Positions 18,278-29,300 of a stretch of 64,000 nucleotides of DNA are shown here, one piece after another (position 1 is the stretch's first letter; each line of letters starts with the position of its first letter). This DNA comes from a virus (lineage: Duplodnaviria; Caudoviricetes): positions 5,878 through 69,877 of IMG/VR virus record IMGVR_UViG_3300033463_000099; one strand, written 5' to 3'. The notes beneath the pieces are model-generated. The model was not told the origin of the DNA. It was given only the letters and a program-made list of their open reading frames with translations, and ran no database searches. A program made the position numbers and the translations under genes.

Positions 18278-19525
18278 ATGACAATACAACCCATCAACCC
18301 GCTTGAATACATCACAGATCGCGACCCCATACCAGAAGAGGTGATGGACACGTCGTCCTGGTTCAAGACCGAGACGATGGAACTTGACGTTGGCGAGTAC
18401 ACGGGGCGTCCGCATGCCGCCGCTCTTTTCCATACGTCATTCATCATGCCGCTTCTTGCCGAGGGATGGTATATCGACGCGGTATTGGGTTGGGGGGAAA
18501 ACGGAGATTGGATTAGTACCGCTAACGCCCATGCCATGCAGTCTGGAAATTCAAGCAGCAGGTCAGACGCGTCTAGCTCGTCGAAAAGCGAAGCGTCGAG
18601 TTCGGCCAGGACAACTTCGCAAGTCATACCTACGCAAAGCGAGGTGTATTCCGGCTACAAGAACGTCAATCAAGGTGACACGTCCGGTTCAAGCAAGGGG
18701 TCGAACAGCGGCACATCAAAGGCGAGCGGCTCGGGTTCTACAAGCGGAACCAGCTCAACTACCACGACGCAGGACGGCGGGCCGTGGTGGTACGCATACA
18801 CGAAACTGCGGCTGAAACGCCGGAAGATGCAAAGCGAGCTCGTCCTAAAGGACATGATTTCGTCCTTTACCAAGGCGTACAACGAGGGACGGCAGATCAA
18901 CGACGAGCGGTACGACGAGCTTGTTGCGCTCTACGCGCTCATGCTCCAGCGCACCGAAAACGAGGCGAATGCGTTTGGCGGACTCTCTACCGAGGACTTC
19001 AAGCCGCTTGCGGACGCGATAATCGCCGCTTGCAAGGATGCGATGGAGAAGTACGCCGCGTCCGCAGACAACATCCCGGAAGACTGGATGCAGAGCCGCA
19101 TCGACGAGATCAACCGGAAGTTCGACGCGCTTCTTGCGCAGGCCAAGAACGACATGGTGAGCAAGGGAACCTACAATTCCACCGTCTGGCCGACAACGGC
19201 AAGCGGCATCGAGCGCGACCGCCAGAACGCGTTGAGCAACTTGAAGGACGACATGGTGACTTTGAAGGTTGACGTGTACGGCAAGATCGCCGCCATGAAA
19301 GCCGACATCGGCCACAAACTCCTTGACTGCGAAATCCGCATCATCGAGGCGCAGCAGAAGATGTTGCTTGGCCCTACGGAGATTCGCAACACCGTCTTCA
19401 AGTGGATGCTGGACTTCATGGAGCGTCGCGAAGACGATTACCCCGGTCTGGAACAGCTTGCCACGATTGCAAGTCAGCTTGGCTACGCGGAAGGAGGTGC
19501 GGCGGGCGCTGGCACCGTCGCGTAA
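18278..19525 (+). CDS. Putative internal virion protein with a Ser/Thr/Gly-rich segment
   Basis: 415 aa, AGGAGG RBS, helical C-terminus; position before the ejection-type genes. Confidence 0.6.
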   Translation: MTIQPINPLEYITDRDPIPEEVMDTSSWFKTETMELDVGEYTGRPHAAALFHTSFIMPLLAEGWYIDAVLGWGENGDWISTANAHAMQSGNSSSRSDASSSSKSEASSSARTTSQVIPTQSEVYSGYKNVNQGDTSGSSKGSNSGTSKASGSGSTSGTSSTTTTQDGGPWWYAYTKLRLKRRKMQSELVLKDMISSFTKAYNEGRQINDERYDELVALYALMLQRTENEANAFGGLSTEDFKPLADAIIAACKDAMEKYAASADNIPEDWMQSRIDEINRKFDALLAQAKNDMVSKGTYNSTVWPTTASGIERDRQNALSNLKDDMVTLKVDVYGKIAAMKADIGHKLLDCEIRIIEAQQKMLLGPTEIRNTVFKWMLDFMERREDDYPGLEQLATIASQLGYAEGGAAGAGTVA

Positions 19526-19528
19526 AGC

Positions 19529-20281
19529 ATGGGCATCGGCGTGTCATATACGGGCTACGACGGACGCCAGAAGCATTTTGAGGCGGCGGACGGTGCGGAC
19601 GCGAAGCGTCTTCTGTCCGACATCATGCCGGACACTAAGCGTCACACGGGCGACGCGTTGCGCGAGGCAATGAGCCGCTTGCCCGGAATGCAGCCAAAGA
19701 CCGGCGGCAAGATGGGTCCGAAGGTCATGACGGGCGGAAGCGTTGTGGAGGCGCGTGATGGAAGCCTGTGTCTGCGAGGCGAGGAAAACACGCCACTTGT
19801 CGAGGGCGTGAGGATGTTCTCGTCCGTTAACGGCCAGAAGGGTTTTCACTCCATAGAAGAGATCGACCCGAAGACCGGAGGCGCCGTGTGCGGTCCGATG
19901 TTCGGCACCGACAGCGTGGACGAGGACACCAACGAGACAACTGGCGGCGAGGCTGTGCGCATCCCGTTTGTGTCGCGCAACTACCTGGAGCACCAGAAGG
20001 TCGGGTCGCAGGTCACGGTGTATGAGTTTATTCGCGAAATGCTGTTCACCGCGAACGGCAGGTTCATCGGTTGCACCAAGGAACGTCGCCGCATCGTCGG
20101 CTCGTTCATTGCCGGCAGCGAAGGAGGCGAATCGAGCGGCGGCAAGTATTGCGTGAGGCCCGTGTTTGGCGGCGGCGGCCTTTCCGCGTTGCAGTTTGGC
20201 ACGGAGAGCCAGCTTGACAGCGGTTCGCCGGCAAGCGTAGTGAACACAACCACATGTCCGAATGCTGGAGGGTCGTCGTAA
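19529..20281 (+). CDS. Hypothetical virion-module protein
   Basis: 250 aa, coupled to its neighbours. Confidence 0.65.
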   Translation: MGIGVSYTGYDGRQKHFEAADGADAKRLLSDIMPDTKRHTGDALREAMSRLPGMQPKTGGKMGPKVMTGGSVVEARDGSLCLRGEENTPLVEGVRMFSSVNGQKGFHSIEEIDPKTGGAVCGPMFGTDSVDEDTNETTGGEAVRIPFVSRNYLEHQKVGSQVTVYEFIREMLFTANGRFIGCTKERRRIVGSFIAGSEGGESSGGKYCVRPVFGGGGLSALQFGTESQLDSGSPASVVNTTTCPNAGGSS

Positions 20282-21162
20282 TGGCAGACGCTAAGACAGA
20301 AATTGTGGTTCACAACGGGAACATTGTTGTGATGAACGGAAACATCATCATGGGTCCGTGCGACCCCTCCGTCTATTATGTCCGCCTCATGGTGGGCAAC
20401 GAGCTGATGGACGACTGGTGGTGGCGCGTGGGCCGCGAGAAACCGACGCGGTGGACTGGCCAGCCTGGTATAATGAATTCGTTTTACTATCCGTATTTCA
20501 GCGGGTTTGCGCCAAAGGACGTACGAGACGCGGAATCTGGCGGTCTAGGATGGAGCTATAGCGAGAAAAACACAGACGAGACACCGCTGGGCGTTGCACT
20601 GTCAGTTTCCACGGCAGGGTACGGATGGTACTTCCCGGATATCGCGCTTCACAGGGACTACATATTTTTGTGGAAATGGGTGGAGCCTGGCGTGTCATCC
20701 GCGCACAAGTTCAATACGCGCCCGGAGAACGGAAGCGGGTTCGAGGGCATGCTTTATCCCGGAGAGTATATTCTCGTGTTCACGCTGAATCAGCAATACC
20801 ACCGGCACACCGAATATGTTGCGTCCGATACGATTCCGGGAACCAATCCACCGTCAAACAGCATCGTGACGGACAGTAATGTGATGGGCGGATGCTACGC
20901 ACTCTACAAGTTCATCATATCAGAGGCTGGCAAGGACGAGGAAGGAGTCGGAGGGTCTCGATACAAGATAGACATACCAGGCTTCGGGAACTGGAGCCAG
21001 GAAAGCGGAGCGAAAGCGCAGGGAATCCCGCAGCGCGGAGGCGTATCTGACGATGTGGTCACAAATGATCTTGACCTTGATGGACTTCATCTTGAAGTCG
21101 TGAAGGTTAGCAAGGACAAGGACGGCAATACCGTCGAGGAGGTCGTATGGCAATCAGAGTAA
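20281..21162 (+). CDS. Hypothetical aromatic-rich protein of atypical composition
   Basis: 293 aa from the TAATG-coupled ATG 20281; visibly lower GC at third codon positions. Confidence 0.6.
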   Translation: MADAKTEIVVHNGNIVVMNGNIIMGPCDPSVYYVRLMVGNELMDDWWWRVGREKPTRWTGQPGIMNSFYYPYFSGFAPKDVRDAESGGLGWSYSEKNTDETPLGVALSVSTAGYGWYFPDIALHRDYIFLWKWVEPGVSSAHKFNTRPENGSGFEGMLYPGEYILVFTLNQQYHRHTEYVASDTIPGTNPPSNSIVTDSNVMGGCYALYKFIISEAGKDEEGVGGSRYKIDIPGFGNWSQESGAKAQGIPQRGGVSDDVVTNDLDLDGLHLEVVKVSKDKDGNTVEEVVWQSE

Positions 21163-22229
21163 AACACGAAGGAAACGTGACAAGCCGCATCACTGCGGCG
21201 ACGGCTGGCGGACGCGGCAAGCGTGCGGCGGATGAAGGAAAGACGTGGATGCAGGTTGCCGCCCAGCAAGACATTTACGGCAGTAGGCAGTTGCAAGGCG
21301 CACACGCAAGCCCTACGGCACCCGGACATGCCACGGCACCGCTTACAAGCGCGCCGACTGGCTCCGCGCCCGGAATCCTTCACGCTCCGTCCAACGGCGT
21401 TGGCGGCGGCGGAGGTGGCGGAGGACGCGCACTGTCGGGAGGGAATGGCGGCGGCGATTCGTCCGACGAATGGAAGATCACGGGCCGCATGAAGTCTTTT
21501 CGCCCTGACGATGAAAGCGAATGGGACCCGTGGCACGGCTACTGGTATCGCAAGTGGCTTCCGGGCGAGAAGGAAGCGGAGGCGCAGCAGCGCGTAGGCG
21601 ACGTGAAGAATTCCCAGCTTGCGGAGATTCTTGGCCTCAAGCATTCGTTCGAGAGGGACAGCGCGGAACAGCAGGCGCTTTTGAACCAGGAGGGCAAGGT
21701 CAACGACGCCAAGATGAAGACGCCGCCTGCGGGCAAAGTCCCCGCCTTGCAGACGCCTTTCCCGACTGCGCCCGGCGGACCTACGCCGCCGAACGCGCCT
21801 ACGCCGCCCGTTGGAACCGGAAAGGTCACGATCACGCCTGCCGGCCAGAGTTCCGATCTGCAAAAGCAGATTGCCACCGTCCTTACCTCGGTGAGCAAGC
21901 CCGGTTCCTCGCCCGAGCCCGAGGCAAAGCCGACGGCGGAACAGCCCGACGGCGGACAAGACCAGCTCGCCAACCTTGCGGACGCGATCGCGCAGCAGAG
22001 CGGCGGACAGGCGCCGAAAGGCCCGGACGACATCATGAGCATCTACGCAAACGGCGGCTCGGTGTTCGGCGAGAGGCCGAAGGAGGGCGAAAACGCCAGT
22101 CCCGCGTGGAGTCCGTTCGCGCTGCCGAACATGGACGCGGCCGCCGGCGGGAGCGACGCGTTTGCGGCAAACGAATATTCAAACTATCTCGGCGGCATGT
22201 TCGGGATGTTTTTCAACAACAGGAGGTGA
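21147..22229 (+). CDS. Putative ejection (internal virion) protein, Gly/Pro-rich
   Basis: 360-aa low-complexity protein just upstream of the giant gene. Confidence 0.55.
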   Translation: MAIRVKHEGNVTSRITAATAGGRGKRAADEGKTWMQVAAQQDIYGSRQLQGAHASPTAPGHATAPLTSAPTGSAPGILHAPSNGVGGGGGGGGRALSGGNGGGDSSDEWKITGRMKSFRPDDESEWDPWHGYWYRKWLPGEKEAEAQQRVGDVKNSQLAEILGLKHSFERDSAEQQALLNQEGKVNDAKMKTPPAGKVPALQTPFPTAPGGPTPPNAPTPPVGTGKVTITPAGQSSDLQKQIATVLTSVSKPGSSPEPEAKPTAEQPDGGQDQLANLADAIAQQSGGQAPKGPDDIMSIYANGGSVFGERPKEGENASPAWSPFALPNMDAAAGGSDAFAANEYSNYLGGMFGMFFNNRR

Positions 22230-22232
22230 AGT

Positions 22233-23285
22233 ATGGCTGGAGAAAAGACAGACACCGGGAAGGTGCGCACGAACGAAGAGCTGCGCGCCGGAATCGACGA
22301 GGGCGTATCTGACGTGCGCAACTCATGGGCGGACGCGCTCCAGAGCCAGCAGCGCGAACGCAACGCGCAGAACGGGGTTTCGACCTACGGCCAGATGAAG
22401 GAGCTTGTCGGGCGACAGGAGCTTGCCGAACTCCAGAACGGGCAGAGGGCGCAAGACGCAATCGCGTCCGCTCTCGCCATCGCTATGGCGCCCGAGAACA
22501 AGGGCCGGCTTCCAAGCGTGGTGACGGACTACCTCAACCGCCAATTCGGATTCGACGGAAAGACAATGGGCATCATGGACGGCGGAATCGACCCTGAGAC
22601 GGGGGATTTCGGTTTCGTGTTCGGCGAGCGCGACAACGCGGGGAACACGCAGTTGCGCAAGCAGATGATTCCGTCGCAGATTCAGCTTGGCCTCATGGAG
22701 GGCTACCCGTCGCTGTTCAGCGAGGACCAGGTAAGTGCGCACCGCCAGAAGATTCTTGATTCCGGCAAGTTCTCGTCCGCCGAGCTTGACGCCTATTCCA
22801 ACGTGGCGCGTCTCACGCGCGACCGGCTTGCGTCCCGCATCGCCGCCTTGACTCCCAAGGACACGAAGATGGAGATCGAGCAGTTGCGCGAACGCGGACG
22901 GAACGAACGGGCCGCGCTTGCGGAGGACGGACGCAACAGCCGCGAGGCGATGAAGGAAGAGGGGCGCAACCGCAGGGCGGAGCTTGCCGCCGGCGGCAAG
23001 AGCGGCGACCCGCAGAAGTCCGTAAAGGCCATGAAGGACATGCTGGAACTCGCCCGCACGTCCGGCATGTCCGCCGACGATCTCGCCGCGCTTGAATCGT
23101 GGACGCAGACGCGCATCAAGGGGCTTTCCACGGAGTCGGGCGGCGGAACGTCCGGCGGTGGTGGAGCGCCAAAGAAAGTTTCGTACAATGATCTCAAGCC
23201 CGGACAGACGTTCGCGGCGATGGGGAAGGACGGAAAGCGTCACACTTTCCGCAAGACCGAAAACGGACATGAGCGAATCGACTAA
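22233..23285 (+). CDS. Putative ejection (internal virion) protein
   Basis: 350 aa, helical, with E.GRN.R repeats near the C-terminus. Confidence 0.55.
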   Translation: MAGEKTDTGKVRTNEELRAGIDEGVSDVRNSWADALQSQQRERNAQNGVSTYGQMKELVGRQELAELQNGQRAQDAIASALAIAMAPENKGRLPSVVTDYLNRQFGFDGKTMGIMDGGIDPETGDFGFVFGERDNAGNTQLRKQMIPSQIQLGLMEGYPSLFSEDQVSAHRQKILDSGKFSSAELDAYSNVARLTRDRLASRIAALTPKDTKMEIEQLRERGRNERAALAEDGRNSREAMKEEGRNRRAELAAGGKSGDPQKSVKAMKDMLELARTSGMSADDLAALESWTQTRIKGLSTESGGGTSGGGGAPKKVSYNDLKPGQTFAAMGKDGKRHTFRKTENGHERID

Positions 23286-23300
23286 AAGGAGATAGAGACA

Positions 23301-26300
23301 ATGGCAAGTTCTTTGTGGGGCCCTGGGCTGACAGAGGATGAGAACGAGACGGGGAAGCTTGCGGCCAAGGCGATGACGGCTGCGGCGGCCACCGATGCGC
23401 TCGACCATCCCGAACTTTCGACGGCGAGCGAGGAAGGCAAGCCGAAAGACACAGGCGCGGACGAGATAGCCGACCTTGACGCAGGCGTGAAGCTGACGGA
23501 CGGCGGCGAAGTTCCCGTGATCGACGATATCCCGGAGGTGGAGATACCGGAAGACGCCGAAGAAGAGAAGATGGGCGTAGGCGAACACGCCAAGAAGACC
23601 ATCGAATCGGAACTTGGCAAGAAGCCGTCCGAACTGTTCCAATGGTCGCCCGGAGCGAAGAAGCTCATGTCCGCGCTCGGCATCGACGAGGACACGGCAT
23701 CCGCCGTCCTTGAGCATACGACCGACCCCGCGCGGCAGATTCAGCAGATACAGGCGTTCGGCGAGGAAAAGAACCTTGAACGCCTGCGCACGGGCGATTT
23801 CGACGACAAGGACATGGACGAGATCGCGCAGAACGCGGGACTTCGCGGCGACCTTGAGGAAATCAACCGCATCACATCTTCGAGCATGGACCCGATCAAC
23901 GAGAAGCGCAAGTTTCTCGCCATGACCGCCGAAGACGAGCTGACGAAGCGGACGAAGATAAAGCAGGAGGCGGCGGCAGACCTGGAGCGCAAGCCGCAGA
24001 CCACTTGGGGGAAGATCGCAAGCGGAACGCTTGAGAACTCCGGCTACGTGGCGGCGTTCATGTACGGCTCTTCGATCGCGGGCGGGCTCGGCATCGGCAT
24101 GACGGCTGCGGAGGGCTCGGGCGCTCTCGCGAAGATAGGCGTCGGCGCGGTGAACACCATGATAGGCTCGGCTCCGGCGTCCGCCGTCGGCGCGGGTGCG
24201 CGGTATCAGCGATTGAGCAAGAAGGACTACCAGCTCGACGCGGAAGGACAGTTGCAGGCCATCGACAACAACTACGGCGAACTGCGCTCGATGGTGCAGG
24301 GCGGCGTCGGCGGTTTCGTTGAGAACACGGTCGTTGAAGGTCTGACGGACACGGCGATAGAACTTGGCTGTCTCGGCCTCTCCAAGATTCCGGGAGCGCA
24401 GGCGTTCATCGTGAAGCCGTTGCAGCGTATCGGCAACGCGGCGGTGCGGAAGCTCATGGGCAACAAGGCCGGACGAGCCATGTTGCAGATCGGCAAGGCG
24501 TACAACGGCATATCGCAGTTCACGCACTTCCATTCGCAGCCGGTCGAAATGCTGGAAGAGGACTTGCAGCCGATATTCGACGAGGTGTTTGGCCTCGACA
24601 AGAAGCGCGGCGAGTACAAGGGATTCGGCGCGGAGGCGAAGGACTACTGGAACAAGACGCTTACGCTCGCGAACCAGGCGGATATTTTCTACGGACTTGT
24701 CGGCACATGCCTGTTGCAGGCTGGCGTCGGCGGCGCCGGCGCGAAGTGGGCGCGGAGCAACCAGGGCGGAACCACGGCCAAGGAAGCGATGTCCGTTCTG
24801 ACGGACTACGCCAACGTGCCGAAGGAGAAGCTTGCGACGCTATCCGATGAAGAGAAGATCGCGCTTTGCGACCTCTACCGCACGATGAGCGCGAACCCCG
24901 ACAAGATGGTTGAATTCGCGGAGCAGATCGGCGCGAAGTCCGGCGCGATCATGGAAGACGTGGTGAACCGCGCGGGCGCAAGGATGAACCGCAAGATGGA
25001 AGCGGCGGGGATGAGTCCGTCCACATTCAACATCCCGATGAAGGAGGTTGACGGAAAGCTCGTCCCGGACTTCCAGTTCACGGTAGGCACGGACATGACG
25101 ACCGGAAAGACCGTGCAGGGGCGCATGGTGACGGACGCGGAGTCCGGCGTCATCATCAGAGACAACGGAAGCGGCGTAGGCACGGAACGAGCATTTACGG
25201 TGATCGACCCCAACACCAAGCAGGAAGTCGATGTTCCGAACCTCATGCTGGCGCGGAAGACGGCCTCGCTGTTCAAGAACACGGCGGCGATGACGCAGGC
25301 GGAGCGCGCGGCCAAGACGGAATACATCCACAACGTGTGGCAGCAGAAGTACGGCAACACGAACGTTGAGCTTTACGACACCGTGGACGAGGCCATAGCC
25401 GCGTCCGCGAAGCACGGCGTTGACGTGACGGCGCAGGCGGGATTCACGCCCGACCGTCCAGCGTGGCACCTGAAAGACGGCACGGTGGTTTTCGTCCGCG
25501 ACAACATCAATTCGCCCTACGAGGTGGACACGCTCTTCCAGCATGAGATCATCGGCCACAACGAAGAGGCCATGCAGGACGAGTTCATGGCGAACCTGGA
25601 TTCCAAGGAAATCCGCAAGGCGCAAGAGACGCTCGGGCTGACGGACGAGCAGATGGCCGACCCCGTTGTGCAGCGGGAGGTGTTCGCGAACGTGATACAG
25701 TCTCGGCGGCACAATCCGTCCATCATGCAGAGGCTAAAGCACTTCATCAACGAGAAGCGCAGGGCGGCGGGCGACAAGACGGGAATATCCGACGCCGACC
25801 TTGAGGTTCTCGCCCAGAAGTGGGAACAGGCCGCGATGGGCGACGCCGGCAACATGAAGATCGGCGATTCGCTGGAGCGTGGCGGCATGGAGTTCCGCGA
25901 CGCGGACGGCAAGGTTGTCGGCATCGAGGACGCCGACATCGAACTGCTTGACGAAGAACAACAGGAGGTAAACGATGAGACAGGGACTGGAACCGATGAA
26001 GCACCAGCGCAACCCGAACAGGGAACGCAGCGACCGGCAGAACCGGAAGTTGCGGGAACAGAAGAAGGCGGAGCGCAGGGCGAAGAAGCGGGCGAGGTGG
26101 TGAAGAAGCCCGTGCCGGAGCGCACCGTGATCGAGAAGATGACGGAGGAAGCCCCGGTTCAGGAGCTGGACACCGCAGAAGTGTTCAACGACGATTCGCG
26201 CATCCCCAACTTCAAGGAGGGCGCGAACCCCGAGACAGGCGAGGTCGAACCGCTCCAGGGCGAGCCCTACGACCTCGTTTCAAACCCGATAGTCGTCATG

Positions 26301-29300
26301 GAGTTCAAGGACGGCAAGAAGGTCGTGGTCACGGGGCGGCACCGTCTCGCGCTCTACAAGAGGGCTGGGCGGGAGAAGATCGCCGCGCGCGTCATCCGCG
26401 AAGAGGACGGCTGGACCGTCAAGGACGCGAAGATGATAGACGCGATAGGCAACATCATCGACGAGAAAGGAAGCGTGAAGGATTATGTCAAATACTACGA
26501 AGACGCAAGACCGTCAAGGGAAGCGGCGGAAGCCGGCGGATTCCTCGCACGGCCAAAGGGAAAACTCGCATTCGGAATTTACGAAGGCGCTACGGAGGAT
26601 ACTCGGTCGGCCATTGACTTCGAAGGAAGCGGCGCCGATGGAATGATCTCCGTCGAACAGGCGGGAATCATCGCGGAGGCCGCGCCGAGGAACGGACACC
26701 CCCGCAACGCGGCGTTGCAGCGCATCTTGGTGAAAAAGGCTCTGGACGGACTGCGCGGCAAGAAGCTCGGCATTCTCGCCCGTTCGCTGGCCGAAGATGT
26801 CAAGAAACAGAAGGAACCTGCATCCGCCGGCGGCGAAATGCAGCTTGACCTGTTTTCCTCGCCCGAAGACCAGGCGCTTCTTGCGATGGAGGACAAGAGG
26901 GCGGACTACCGTATAAAGAGGGCGCAGGTGTATGGACGCATCGCGGAGGATTTGCGCATAGCGATGTCCAAGGGTGGTAGGCTAGACATAAATGACGAAT
27001 ACGCCCGTGAGTTGGGTATCACCGATCCGAAGGACAAAAAGCAGCTTGCGGCGGCGCGTGACAAGGCGGTTGAGCGCGAGAACTATTGGGAGAATGCCGT
27101 CCGGCTGGACGATGCGGACAAGGCGGCGATGGACGCGGAGATCGGCGCGTCCTCCAAGAAGGCCGAAGAGAAGACCACGGCGATTGCCGACCGCCTAAAG
27201 GCCATCAGAGAGGGCAAGCCGAAGCCTACGCCTAAAACGCCGAAAAACGCCACTGTGAGCGCTCCGGCGGAAAAGCCTACAACGACACCCCCGAAAGCCA
27301 CGGAAACGGCACAGGGCGGGGAATCTGCGGAATCCGCCACTTCTACGAGCAATCCTAGACAGAAACAGGTGGATGCAATCTCTTCCGTGTTGGGAATCCC
27401 GATAAAAGTCATCGGCAAGGATGGCAAGGTAGAGGCGGATTCAACGGCTGCGGCAGAAGCGGCAATATCCGGCAAGAAGCCCAAAACTGAAACGCGTACC
27501 ACGAAAAAGACGGTCGTGTTGAAGGACGCGAAACGTGCGGAGAAGGCAAAGGGGCAGGCTGACGATCTCATGAGCCTGTTCGCAACGCCAGAACTTGACG
27601 CGCGGCAGAAGCAGACGGCGCTTTCGGGCAAGACCTCACGCAACCAGAATCCGTCCGGGAACGAGTTTGCCAAGAAGTGGGGCATCTTCCGTCCGAACAC
27701 GCGGAATGTGGACATCGGCGCTGGGGCGTTCGACAAGGCTACGGAGTTTCTTGCCGAGCAGGGCGTTGAGAACATACCGTTCGACCCCGTGAACCGCGAT
27801 TCAGAGACGAACCGCCGAGCGGTCGAAAGCGTCCGGGCGAAGCCGGCGGACACCGCCACCGTCCACAACGTGCTGAACGTGATCGACAACGACGCCGTTA
27901 TGGAGGGCATCGTAAACCAGGCGGCGAGGGCGATCAAGCCGAAAGGGACGGCGATATTCACCATCTACGAGGGCGACAAGTCCGGCAACGGCAGGGCGAC
28001 GCGTGACGGCTACCAGCGCAACGCGCGGGCGGCATCCTACGTTCCGTCGCTCAAAAAGTATTTCGGGCAGGTGGAAACGCACGGGAATGTCATACTTGCC
28101 CGTCAGCCGAAGGACGTTGGCCCTGCGTTCTGGGCGTTCGATTCCACCTTTGACGTGGGGGCTTACTTCGCCTCGCCGCAATTCGACCCCGAGAAGTTCC
28201 AGCAGCGCGTGGGCGCGATGGCGAAACTCGTCACGACGCTCAACGAAGAGGGCTACAATGATTTCAAGTCACTCGCGGCCTACCTTGGCGAGAACTTCCC
28301 GCAAGAGAAGTTCAACGCGGCAAAGCCTTATCTGCGCGGCGTCTGGAACGCCTTGGCCGAGCAGATGAACCTTGAAGAAGTTTCAAAGAAGGATGCGGAT
28401 GCTATTTACTCCGACATCGAAAAGTCGTATAATACACCCACAAGCGAGGAAACCGACAATGAAAGCGGATTGGAACAGCCTGGGCGGACTGATGACGGAC
28501 AGCATCCGGCATCTGATGGAAAATCGCCCGAAGGAGGCCGTAGCACTGCTCAAGGCGAAGGAACTGGCGAAAACAGTTCTGAAGCGGGCGAAGACGGCCA
28601 TGGAACAGCTGTACATGACGGCGGAGACGGAAGCCGACAGGGACACCCTGTGGAGCGACCTGAAGTACCAGTCGGGGCTTTACCCGCCGGAGGAACCGAA
28701 AACGTCGGAAACGGCGCATCGGGAAGCTCAACAGTGGCTTCAAATGATGGGCGGGACGCCCAAGCTGGTGGACGCGGCGCTCAAGGAAGCGAATCTGGGG
28801 TACAACTGGGAGCCGGACTTCCCGCAGACGTGGGAACAGGAGGAAGCGGAACAGTAGCCGCGCCCGTCCGCGAAGCGCTCCAGAAGGAAGCGCCGAACGC
28901 GGTCAAGAACGAGAACTACATCATCACGGACGCCGACGAACGCGCGATCGAGAACGGCGCCGTCCGCGACAAGGTACGCCAGAACGTTGACGCAATCCGC
29001 ATCGTCCGCAAGCTGGCCGAGGACGGCCGAGACGCAACGCCGGAAGAGAAGTCGAAGCTTGCCCGGTATGTCGGCTGGGGCGGCCTCAAGCCGATATTCA
29101 ACAACGCCTACCGCAACGCCTACGAGCGCGAGCAGTCCGAAGGGACGTTGCCGCCGCAGACGTGGGCGGCAATCCGCAAGACGCCGCTCGGCGAAGAGGG
29201 CTACGACCTCTACAAGCAACTGCGCGAACTTCTCTCCAACGACGAAATGCAGTCTGCGGAGCAGTCCACCCTAAACGCGTTCTTCACGCCGATACGCCTC

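Noticed and set aside
22323-24533. 736-aa minus-strand ORF
   Set aside because: It is an antisense shadow of strongly GC3-biased genes; no RBS or motifs, and an Arg/Leu/Val-rich nonsense composition.
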